DNA of 64,000 nt from Phoronis australis (Eukaryota > Animalia > Phoronida), in NCBI GenBank assembly GCA_002633005.1, contig NMRA01000620.1, positions 1 to 64,000 of the forward strand. Reading direction: 5' to 3'. The position numbers were made by a program, and so were the translations under genes. Below are positions 37,705 through 49,800 of the stretch, piece by piece. Positions within the stretch are counted from its first letter, which is position 1. Each line of letters starts with the position of its first letter. The notes beneath the pieces are model-generated. The model was not told the origin of the DNA. It did no database searches and saw only the letters and a list, made by a program, of their open reading frames with translations.

Positions 37705-38650
37705 AAAACACTATGAATAACACACCGGTTAAAGCGGTCAGATGTATGTGCTTCAAGCACGCGGCTATTAAACTGCATTACTGCAGAAACGAAATATTTG
37801 CTGTCACAGGACGCCACTGACAAGGCTAAAAACCGTCATAGTACGCCATTTTCTTTCTTCGTTGTAAAGCTAACCAATGGCTGCCGAGGTTACAACAACC
37901 AGTGATAAAACGCGTGCTACTGAATGATACATGTACCCATGAGTTCGGACACACAGCGAACCAGCGAGGCAGAACAGCTCCGTATATGTACCCTGAGTTC
38001 TTTCATTCACCGAGTCGCCATAACATTGCGTCAACAACATACATGTATACATAAGATAGAAAGATGCCGGGAAAAACGAAGACAAAAGGTAGCTGTGATC
38101 CTGAGAGAGTTGTGCTGGGAAGGAATGCTACGAGTCGCTTCACGCCTCTTTGACGAATACAAGTTGTGAAAAGAGACAAATCCACACCCAAATTACTTAA
38201 TTCGGGTAATTTGTCATTTTGCTGTTTCGATCTGATGCTTTAACCACCGACTCGATTTCTGTTATCCATTTCGTACTTGAGTTTCAGTCAGTCTCCCAGA
38301 GCGTGCCATGTCTAATAATGAACAGTTGACCTACTTTAAAGTGGGCGACAATACACCAGGATGACCCACTTGATGTGTTGGTCCCACCTGTCACCCAGTA
38401 GGACTCAATGCATTTGAATTCGACTAAATATGTTTTTGTGATAATTAAGTTAATTTCTCACTGCAAATTCAGATGACGCTGTTTCGGGGAATAATTAACC
38501 CGAGACCTTGAGAAATTCACCTCTCAAGACTTAATCGGATTTTTCTCGGCTTCAGCAAATTGACTTAATTTGAACTTAGGAACCTGAGTTCTAGAAAACA
38601 GCTGGGTCAATTTCATTGAAACTTTCTTAACCTGATATTTATTCATCAAT

Positions 38651-40727
38651 CAGGGCCGTAGCCAGCGGCCGCGGGAGGTAGTTCGAATTTCTAGAAAGAT
38701 GCAAACGTCGACACTCTAGTTTTCTGTAAGGCGCTTGGCGCAGCTTAATTATGGGGAGGGAAATCTGTATTCACGACAAGGATGGCTCTAAGTGCTATGT
38801 TCCTGAGATAAGACATAATTTGTAATACCAGAAATGAGGATGTCGTGACGGTTGCTCGCAAACAACAGGAATCAAATTCGGACGTAATGTGATCCAAAAA
38901 TATAGCCTAACGTTCTCGCGTTACCTCCTGCCAAACTTTCAAATCGGGCTTTTTTAAATGAGTGATTACACCTCTGTACATACTGGGACGGAAATATTTA
39001 ATCGGAGAATGACTTGACGTAATTTTTCATCTGATTGTATTTTTTTTAAAAATTGTCTACGTCGCTGGAAATGGGAACAGCCCACTATTCCGAAGGTCCA
39101 CTATTCCAAAGGTTCACCACTTCAAAGGTTCACCACTCCGATGGTTCACTAACTCCGAAAATGTCTAAAATTTCTGACTCAGGTGTAACTGTGGTACTTT
39201 TACGTGCAAAAATAAGCGACACTTCGGTTATTAGATGCAACTATACCGACAACAGTACACCCGGCTAATAAATCACTTTGTTTGGATTTCATGTGCATGT
39301 GAAATTGTCCGCATGTCTTACGAATACAGAAAATGAGTACGTACTTGCATTCCTAAAAGAATTATGAAGGAGGAATGTTGATGAATTATCAACCATGATA
39401 CATTCATCAATCCTTTGTCAAGCGCGCATCACTCTCACAGCGCGACAGAAAAATGTAGGGCGTTTCAACCTCACCCACCGGAGCTTCTCGCACGGCCGGG
39501 TCGAAACTAAATGTAGTTAGTAAGCTACCCTGTCCCTGTCAGTCTGATCACGAAGTCTCGTTCAGTTTTCTTAAATTTAAAACCGCCGTTGGTCGCCGCA
39601 TCCTGGACTCGTGCCCTAGATGTTGTCCCTAATTGAAAATGAGTCTTAGTTAGATTCAAGAATCACGATTGCCAGTGATTGAAACTGAGCTCTTGTAAGC
39701 AATGTAAATCAAACTTTTCCGGACTATGAACTCTTGTACACCCTTTCAAGGTTACTAAATGGACACAAATACTGTACAATACCTTATTCATTTTCAGTTC
39801 TGTATCATTAGTAGAAAATCAGAAGAATGAACTGCCGGAGTTCTGGTTTCTGACATTCGAAGTGGTGAACTTTCGAAGGTAGCGAACCTTCGGAGTATTG
39901 AACCCTCGGTCGTTTACATGTAACATTGTAAAGTTTTTCTAATTGTTGCTCGTATGAAGTCTGCGAGGCTGTGAACCACTGACATTGATTTTACAAGAGA
40001 AGACTTTCTTCATTGACCAAAATTTTAATTAGGTGTAGACTTACCTAATAATGTGAACATGCGGGGATTTTTCAGTGCAAGAAAAGGCGGTGGTTAAATG
40101 TCTGATTTTTGAGAAACGACAGAGTAGTCAGTGAAATTACCGTCAACGTGTACTGAAACGCACACACGTGTAGAGGCATGCATGTCAATCCACCAATCCA
40201 CAATCAAAGTGGACACTTAATGATCAAGATATTTGACGATCACTTTTAATTCGAAATTTGAAAATGTCTGCAATTAATTCATACCATGCTAGAATGTACA
40301 CCAAAGTAGCCATTTTCTGTTGTTTTGTTTCTTGGTCGATTTTAAGGCATTCACATCGCATTCTTCTGGGGATCTCACTCGATGCTATAAAGTTTGGGCT
40401 AGGCATAGACATCCTTGTTACCCTATGGTGTAGAAACCACGCGACTTCAATGCCGATGAATAACATAAAGCCTCGTCTAACCGTCACCTACGCAGTCACC
40501 ACTCGGGCCGGATACGACCCGATGATTATGTAAAGTGCTTTACATCAGAAGCAAATTCAAAATTAATATTGACTTGGTTATGATTGTGGTTAGTAGAACT
40601 AGTAGCTACAACAATTTTGTTTTCCATCTAGTAAATCCTATCCTATCATATCGGATAGGCTAGGGCTGGACCTTTTCCTCGGAGGGGGTTCGATCAAACC
40701 CCCCGAACCCTCCTGGCTACGGGCCTG
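38651..40727 (-). mobile_element. hAT5-like composite element, copy B (inverted)
   Basis: TIRs cagggccgtagccag ... ctggctacgggcctg; reverse-complement homology to copies A and C. Confidence 0.82.
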
Positions 40728-41134
40728 TGTAAAGTCCTAGTTTTTGCGTAACGTAACATAGACGAATACGACTTTTATTTTTTACAAAAATAGCTTACGT
40801 TTTGCCAGCTGATTTGTCATAGATATCAAACTATCATACTAATGGAAACTTCCTAACAGAGTTTTTGAGGCAACTGGTGAAGCTTTCATTTAAAAGAAGT
40901 TTCAATAAAATCGAACGAGGGGTTATTTTTCTATCAGTGTAGCTTTCTTAGACATGAAATTTTGACTTAAAAAGGCATTAACGTTATAATTATTACGGCA
41001 TATCAATATGAAACATATTTTGTATTCCCTGGTCTTTGTTCTTTCAGAAAAGATATTCTTTTGCTGCTAGACAAAGTTTAGTTTTTTGATAAACGAGTCA
41101 GAATGGAAGCCACAAATTAAGGTTTTAGATAACC

Positions 41135-42810
41135 TTAAACATATTAGATTACCAGCTGGGGAAAAACTTTTGTGGTCTAGTAGTTTTTATACGTTTGGAA
41201 TTAATTTCTTTGTTGACGTTTCTAAAATATTTGTATGCAATTACACTGAAAACTTCCACGAGACAGAGAAAGAGGTTGGATTTTGGTCCAAAAGACCACT
41301 TACAGCCCTAGGAAAAATGTGTGCTATTAAAACTTTTACTATTTCCCAAATTGTCACATCTGCTCTTAACGTCTCCCATTCGCTAAAAGAGCAGTTTTAC
41401 AAAAAAATCGAACGTATGGTTCACAAATTTGTTATGGAATACAAAAAGAACAAAATTGTCTGAAATCTCCTGTGTCAAAATTTCTCTAGAGGTGGATCAA
41501 ACATGGAACACATTGACTCTTTCATTAAGTCTTTAATATTACGTGGACAAGGAAACATTTAAAGAATTCTACTTGTAGTTCTGCTTCAAAAGTATTTCTT
41601 CTCGAACACTATTTGGATAACAAAGCACACTTCAGTCAGATGGGAGGTGCTTATTTTAAGTATTTAGGAGGTAGATGTAAATACTTTTTGGTCAGATGTG
41701 TTTAATTCACTTATGGCTTACAAATACGCCGCAAGGTTTGGAAATTTATCAGCCTTTGTGATTTAATTCTAATATCTTGATTGACCATGAATAAGTTTAC
41801 ATTCGATCCTGGAATGAAAAAGGGGTAATATTTATTTGAGATTTATATAATCAGAATGGACTACTCTTATCGTACACTCAATTTTCTACAAAATATGATT
41901 TCAAGCCCCCTTCCTTAACCTTTTACAGCTTACAGGAAAGTGTAAGGCAGTTACTAAAATGCAAAAACATAACCCATTCCCCAGGGGGGCTTCAAAACGT
42001 GACACGTGATAAGAAGGGAACTTGTGCTGTTTGCAGGACTTTTTTGGAGAATTTATATAAAAGGCCAAACTTTTTATCAAAATGGGAAGCTCATTTTGTA
42101 ATTGAAAAGTCCGAATCTGAGTTGCAAGATATTTTACGTAACACCTTTGACTTTAGCCCAGTCAGTGACACACTCTTTAAATTGCTACATATGGGAGTTG
42201 TCCGTAGAATAACAAGAACAAACTATTGCTGCAAATAGGAGCCTGTGATCCCGTAGTATGTAGCTTCTGCCAAGCGAGGTCAGAGGAAATTGTTCATTTG
42301 CTCTTCGACTGGTCTTTCGTGAAAACTTTCTGGCAAAACATCGGGTTTTCTGTTATCCGTAGATAACTCTGCACGCAAAAATGTAGATGCCTTCAATGTT
42401 ATGTTTGGATTTAGTGGGAAGAAGAGCAAGTTACTTAAGTTGTTAAATCTTCTTCAGCCGATTGCGGAGCCAGGTACCTTCCATCGCAGTTTTCTAACTT
42501 GAGCGCTTGGAATATTTTGAAAACGCATGGTAAATCTTTACAAACATACTGCAACACTACTAAAATTATACAAGCAGGTTTCGTGTGTGCGTGTGTGTGC
42601 GTGTGCGCGTGCGAGAGTGTGTGTATTTGTATCTTGTATGCTTGTGTCTGCGTGTCTGTGTGTATGAAGCGTATGAATGTGTCTCAGTGAGCTCTAGATG
42701 TACTAGTTAGAAAAGGTGTTAAATGTCTGTAAGGAATTGTTTTTGTTTAAACAGTTTTGTAATGACTTATCTGTTTATCTTACAAACTATGAAAAATGTA
42801 AAATAAATTA
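41135..42810 (+). pseudogene. Second, distinct Tx1/L1-clade LINE 3' portion (ORF2 C-terminus, (GT)-rich 3' UTR)
   Basis: FWSKRPLTALGKMCAIKTFTISQ, FLSKWE, CSFCQARSEEIVHLLFDWSFVKTFWQNI; (GT)n at ~42582-42690; aataaa near 42802. Confidence 0.82.
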
Positions 42811-43539
42811 ATAGTCACCGAGATGTCAACGTGTTGAGAGTATAGATTATGTTGAAATTCGCCCAGGGACAAGTTGTAGGAGTTTTATCAAGAAAAATCA
42901 AATGACAAAATCAATATTATGTAAAAAGCAAATGCAGAAAAAACTGGAAAGTACTACAAGATGCGTTAAGTCAAAGTTTGAGGACACTGACATCGTCTCG
43001 TATATTTTGAAAATTGTCCGTGTTTCGTTACGTTCTATTCCCCTGGACGGTAAAAGCCAAGGATTTTCCAACACCACGACTTGATGTGCTATGACCTTCA
43101 ATTATACTTAAAAACAAGCTTATTGTGTTGATAAACAAGGCAGTGGTAGTAAGCGAGTCAGAGCTCACAGTCCCACAAAGGAACGCGAAAGTGAAAGTGA
43201 AGTCTAATTTAACTGAAATTCAACCGTTTGTCCCCGTATGAATTTTTTTGGTGATAGTATTTCACACAAAACACATCTTCGTTACAACTTTTGGTCAACG
43301 CCGTTAGCGTCAGGAGCGCTGGTTACCGTGACATAGCTAGATTACGTAACCTTATCAGATGAATTACGCAGACAACGGACAATGTAAACATTGGTCTTCC
43401 AACTTTGTCGCCTTGCTATTGCTGTCGAACTTATCACGACACTTCTAAATCCCGACTAGCAGATCAGTGAAATCGGGATACTCAGTCCACAGCACGGGTG
43501 CGTAAAGTTCCTGTCCGATCTCCAGAATTCCTGTCTTAA

Positions 43540-44981
43540 GGTTATCTCAATTAAAACTTTATTAACAAAAATTGGCCATTTTTACAATATTTTACGTGTC
43601 TAGGAAAATACCTCCTCATCGTCATTCTCGGGGAACTTCAAATACAAAATATATACTGTGTAGTGAGAATAAAGATTGAGCAAAACCACCTTGTGCGTCT
43701 GTATGCATAAGATCGTTGAGAAATGCTACGAGTCACTTCACGCCTCTGTGGTAATGAACACAGCAAGTTGTGAAAAGAGATGATAAATCCTGGCCCAAAT
43801 TCCTTATTTCAATTAGTAAATTGACTTTTCTTTGTGTCGATCTCACGCTAACAACATGCTTTCACCACCAACTCGATTTTTGTTATCTATTTCATGCACG
43901 CACCCAGCCTTCAATATGGAGGGGGCTCGAATTCTTGGCGATGTGGACCTTTTACTAACAAAATAGTCGGTCGTCTAAAAAACAGTATCACGATCGGAGC
44001 TGTACGTGCTGTGAATTGTGCGTTTGCGACCTTTTAGTGGACTTTTATCTCGTTTTCTCGGACTTTTTGTTTCTCTGGGGCGGGCCTTTTTGCCAAATTC
44101 TCCCAATGGGAGGGCTCCTTCGAGCCCCCCTCCCCCCTGGGTGCGCTCATGTATTTCTTTGGTTTCGTGTCAGTCTCCCGGCAGGTAATGTGTACAGACT
44201 ACGTGTATAACAAAAATGACATATGACAACAGTAACAGTAGATCCCACCTCGTTTTAATGATAATTAAGTTAAATTACGCAACGCAAATTCAGTTGGCAT
44301 TGCGAGTGAGTGTTAAAATACAGTGTAGCTAAGTTGGTTAAGGTGTGTATAGATTAGATTGACCGAAAACGAGTTTTCACCGAATAATTAACCGAACACT
44401 TTAAGATTTTCACTCGTCCCAGTTTAGACGGTTTTTCGCGGCTTTGGCAAATCGACTTTATTTGAACTTAGGAACACAAGTTCTCGAAAACGGCTTGGTG
44501 GATTTGGCTGAAACTTTCCAAACTCAATATTTATTCATCAATCTCAAACACGCGATTAGGATTTTCGATATAAACGCCTAGTTTTTGCGTAATGTAACAT
44601 GACGAAAACAACTTCTGTTTTTTTTTTACAAAAATGCCTTACGCTTTAGGAGTTGATTTGTCATAGAAACCAAACAAAAAAAACTTATTGAAAATTCCTA
44701 ACAACGTTTTTGAGATAGATGGTGAAGTTTTCAGTTAAAAAAAGTTTTCATTAAAATCGATAAGGTGTTACTTTGTTATAAATGTACCTTTCTTGAAAAT
44801 GAGATTTGGATTTTAAAAATGTGTTAACGTAGTAATAATAACGGTATATGGATACAAAACGTATTTTTATGTTCCTTGGTCTGTTTTCTTTCAGAAAAGA
44901 TATACTTTTACTAGTTGACAAACCTTAGTATTTTGATATACGAGTTAGAATGGAGGCCACTAAATAAGGTTTGAGATAACC
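43540..44981. mobile_element. Complete TTAA-specific (Kolobok-like) non-autonomous element
   Basis: ttaa|ggttatctcaa ... ttgagataacc|ttaa: perfect 11-bp TIRs with TTAA TSD. Confidence 0.88.
43893..44151. mobile_element. hAT5-like MITE with perfect 5-bp TSD TATTT
   Basis: tattt|catgcacgcacccag ... ctgggtgcgctcatg|tattt. The empty site is seen in the paralogous element at ~38265. Confidence 0.8.
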
Positions 44982-46842
44982 TTAAAGGTCGGGGTTCGTG
45001 GTTTAAACGTTGAGGTTCTTATTTCAAATGTTGTAGTTCGTGAGTTTCGTAATCCGTAGGCCTTCTGGATGTTTTGGAAAGTCAACGGACCGTGCAGGGA
45101 TTGATAGGGTGACATACACATTTTGAATCCCAGCATTCACAGACTGATGAGATCGCTGAAAATTTAACCTATAAATAACAAAAATCGGCTTTTGGCCAAT
45201 TTGTCGTATAAATTATTACTTTGCAAATTAGCTACCACAACGCAACCTTAGATCCAATTTCAACGAAAACGACAGGTATCGAGCACTTCACGCATTGTAT
45301 GCCGATCGGATAAGAAATGCAATCTCTTGCGTGCGAACAAACGAAAAATTGATAACAGAACATCCTACTTGGAAAATTTTGAAGTATGAAAATTACAAAC
45401 ATTTCACAGTCCAAACTAAGAATATAAAATCAGTTAAGAAGACTATACGTGAACCAAGCAAGACACAAAAGTTTAATCTTGACCTGCATCTACACTCTAC
45501 GGTGATTTTCGCCAAACAGAATTTATCCGGTCGCGTTTAAGTAGTCGTTCAGTTACATGTTTTCTTTCCCCTCGCTCTGCCTCGAAGTGCGTCGGTGTGC
45601 CGTATCACTTTCCGGCATTAATTAACGTAAAGTCTGTCGTATTTACGGTAAGAAATTCGAAATTGCAGTTGCAATTGTTTACTATTACCGTTGTAAGTGC
45701 ACAAACCGTTTTTCACTTGACCCAATTTCTATTTCTAGTGTGCACGACGGACCAAGGTGACTTCGACGTAACGCAATGATGTCTTTTATTCGGGGACATT
45801 TTGAGATATTAGGCATTTTTCTTTGAATCCTTTGAATATCACATGCTTTAGCAGTGTAAATTTGACGGTGTGCTATTGGCACAGACATGATGTGCGATTG
45901 CCGTGAGTGGTAATCGGCACTCTTTTAAACTTGTTTTGATAAAAATTCCCCTTGTCTGCAGGGTGTTCCATAGAAATTGGAACATGGTCTAAAACACTTG
46001 ACCTGGACTCGAAAACAGACCCCTGCAGCATTAAAACAGCTAACCAGCCCGAAAACCACGAATCCAGATCTGTAAGCACTTTGTTTAATAAAGCCGAAAT
46101 TCTTGCTGCAAATGCAGATTCCCTTCAGACAAATGGAATTGAAAAATCCTGTGCTTAACATAGCGCTGTGTGACAGCGGGGATCGAGAGCAGGAATGCGC
46201 GAAGAATCCAATTATTTACTATACGTAGACGTTCACCCCACCTTTCTAGCAAGCTATGAGTGCATGGCTGTACCTATCTTCGTATAGCTTTGCACCAAGG
46301 CTAATGCTGATTCTTAGGGTAATATATGGTCTTCAATGCGTGTACATTTACGGAAGGAACGAAAATTATTGGACTTTATGCGGTACCCATTTATTATGAC
46401 AAACTTTCAAATGAACGTGACAATACTCAAAAATACATTTCATAAGTAGTCGTGATAATACTCTTAAGTAAGCTACTTCTATATACCCTGAAATCAAAAC
46501 AGGACATGAGCCAAGACCAAAAACATCGACATTGTACCCATTATCTGTGCTTCCATGTACCAGCTCACACTATTGCGCCAATGTGTTACTTCGTTTTTTT
46601 CGTGATTTTTATCGTCGAAAGACTGGATTATTCCAATAGATCGCAGTTACTTGTTGTCACTATTTTGACACGACAGTGGCAATCACTCGCTCATTCGTCA
46701 GGAGCCGACTAGTTTTGGCGTAACAAGAAATAGGAAAACTAGAGACCCAACACGAATGTCTTCAGTAATCTTGACAAATATTCACCACTGGTACGTATAA
46801 TTTGAGGTTCATTTTGAAAACAATCCTTTCATTCCAAAGAAC

Positions 46843-49800
46843 CTACTTCTTGAAAAACGATTTCTTTTTAAGGGAAGCCTTTCCCTCTGGAGCAGCATTC
46901 GGATCGAATTTAATCATGTAATTATATACGTTGCTCATCGAAGTGCTTTTATCTGATGAAGGGCGAGCGTAAACAGCCAGAAGATAAACGCCCGGCTTGG
47001 ACAGACAAAGCGAAAACTTGAGTTTGGTTTCCTCCTCTCGATGCACGGTGGCGTTATCGCGATAATCCTCGTCTGGTTCCCTCAGCAGATGATAACTCAC
47101 CTGAAGTTTTGGCGGAACCGTGAATTCGATGTCAACTGTGTTAGCATCGTACAGTTTTATCTTCGGATCTCTGTGTGAAGTCGGTCTCATGCCCATTTTC
47201 TCAAGTGCAGACGTTGGACCCCACTTCTCCTTTGCCATGACAGACGTTGCGAACTCCGCCCTAGCAACGCCCAGGTCGACAGGTTTAGACACAGAATCAA
47301 CATTGACTAAGTATTTGCAGGCGTGGGCTAGCGTATTGTTTTCTGCCGATTTCTCGGGTCTGGCGTATATGTCTATGCCGTATTGTCCAGGTTGAGGGAA
47401 GTCGGCTTTAATGACCAACTGATCACCGGAAACTTTGAAACGTATGAAGGGCTCTAACAGTAGCTCGTCGACGCCGTTCATTCGTAATTTTATTAAGAAG
47501 AATAATGGTTTGGCTATCAAAAATCTTATCTCCACGGAATCTTCTTTGTTGATAACACCTGTAGAATGTGTCAGAGGTTTTAGCTTGAAGTGGCGCATTG
47601 CCTTGACTGGTCCCCACTCTCCGGCTGCACAACTAGGCAACGGGTGCATTTTGTTTTCCAGCTTGTCGCAGACGATTTTAAACTTGCACGCGCACTTCAA
47701 CCGGAATGGCATCATTGGAGCGGCGCCTTCATCGGCCATTTTGTGACTCTCGTCAATTCGGTTGGCGAAAATTTCCAAGAAATAATCTCCTACAACGGGG
47801 ACATGAACACTGTAGATGACCGTGTTCTCGATCATGGACTGAAACACAAATCTGTCTAGTTTAGCCCCTTTGTAATCGATCTCGTTTCTGTATTCCTTGG
47901 AGGCGAATCTCAACTGATAATGGAAAACGACATCTCGGGCATTCTCCTGTGGTATCTTAATTCTGACTTCGACGCCACCTTTATTATCCGTGCGGAGTAC
48001 AGCTTTGTAATTTTCGACAAACCGCATACCAAAGTGAAAGAAAACTGAACGAACAAAAGGAAGATCTTTAAATGTCTCCAAGCTGATTGGCTTGTTCAAA
48101 AGCTGCCACGGTTCTTCGCTGGACATGAACTCTTGGATAAATTCTTCCGGGTCAGTGAGAAAGTAATGCTCATCATATTGGTAGCGTATTTTGTCTCGTT
48201 TCTTTTTGTCTTGTTGCGGTTCTGGAACGGGCTTTTGGTCTTTGTTCAGCACCAAGTGCCTTAAACAGAAATGCATACCAATAATGCACAAATATGTGAC
48301 TTACTGATGAATGATGGGAGGGTCTACATTTTAAGGGACACTGGACTTTATATCAACGTGGTAGCAATCCAAGTTGAGAGTGCTCGCTGTACATGTACGT
48401 TACTTACAATGACTCCCTGACTCTTTAAACCACAGAAACAAATTGCGTTACAAAAGTTCAAGAAGGAAGACAACTCAAATCATTGAAATGCGCTCACGAC
48501 CGAGTAATCAGTAGATGCGTTTATTTGTATACTATTATACAATTAAGGGACCGCAACATTAAGTTAAGTCCTGCGGGTGCCGTAGTCTCCTTGAAAGAAA
48601 TTTGTTCGCCAAATCCGATCGCCTTGCATCAAAGAGCTTGGTAGAAATAAAGCCATATGTAAAGAAAACCTAAATTGCCAGTTAGGGGAAGCCACAGTAG
48701 TCAGACTGGTTACAAAACTAACGTCAGAAGTACTCCCAGTAAATGGAACGCATACACCAAATTTCACAGTGATCTTTTTAGGAACTTGGTAGATATTGAG
48801 GCACTGGCAAAAACAAATTGACCAAAAACGGGCTCCAACGTAAATGAACGCGTCCAAAAATCTAATTCAGTCGTAATCATTTGATAGGAACACATCTTAT
48901 GGAACAGCTAGCGTATTTCCTCGGCCTCAAAATACAAGAATAACTGCCCTTAAGGAAAACCCCTTAACACATGCGCAGATACAAAAAAAACTCGAGAGTT
49001 TACTTGAAGCTCTAAAAACACTGGAGGTGTTCAGAATGACGAACGCATCTGTTAAACTTTCATAATGACCATTTAAGCATTTGGTGGATAGGAGGTGGCC
49101 GCAAAAATAGAAGCAAAAATATTATAACTGACCACTAGGGGTCTTGATATATCATGAATTCACCAGAATATGGGGACGTGCAGTCCTATCCTTAATATAA
49201 ACCTAGATGCCTTATTTCGAGAAATCCATCAAGAAACACCATGGAACATTTAGATGGATACGCAATGAAAGCCTAAACTGACACTAGAGGCACAACAGTA
49301 GTTTGCCCCGTACGAAAATCAACGTTTTCCGTGCTACTGTCAATAGGAACACATCTAATATCAGATAAATTGCACGGTTCTTCAGCCGAAAACAGATGCA
49401 AAATAATGAAACTTGCCACTAGAGGAAGTGTAGATTATGTACAATACGCCACGAAATGGGAAATTTTAGTGCCTATATTGGGAAATTTCTTGAAAATCCG
49501 TTAAGAAACTCGGTAGATATTGAGGCTAACGTAATAAACACCACTAGGGGGCAGAGCGGTGGACAAATGAATGTCTGCAAAAATTTAGGCGCATCAGTTT
49601 GGGGTTTCGGTGAACCATCAGAGGACGACGTACGATATACGACCAGACTAACGACCGCGGATGCCCGCATAATGCGGTGGCATGTATGTGTGCGTGCATG
49701 GGTGCTTGTGCGGGAATTTGAATAGGTTAGTCACGATGGTAGCTACAGGTAGTTTAACATCAATTTTCTTTGAAACACTATTTTAAAACTGCTACGGACT

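Larger units (their letters stand above)
36398..41134. mobile_element. Long copy of a TTAA-specific 'GGTTATCTCAA' Kolobok-like family, carrying nested insertions
   Basis: The left end matches 43540-43690 (cattctcggggaacttcaaatac...gtgtagtgag). The right end ...ttagataacc|ttaa at 41134 matches 44981. Confidence 0.72.

Noticed and set aside
47120-47859. Plus-strand ORFs overlapping the hillarin last exon
   Set aside because: Antisense shadows of a real coding exon, with no recognisable motifs.
48260-48291. ATG start of the 482-aa ORF as a stand-alone gene
   Set aside because: It is intronic read-through. The true exon starts at the acceptor at 48259 and joins in frame to WGAR in the upstream exon.
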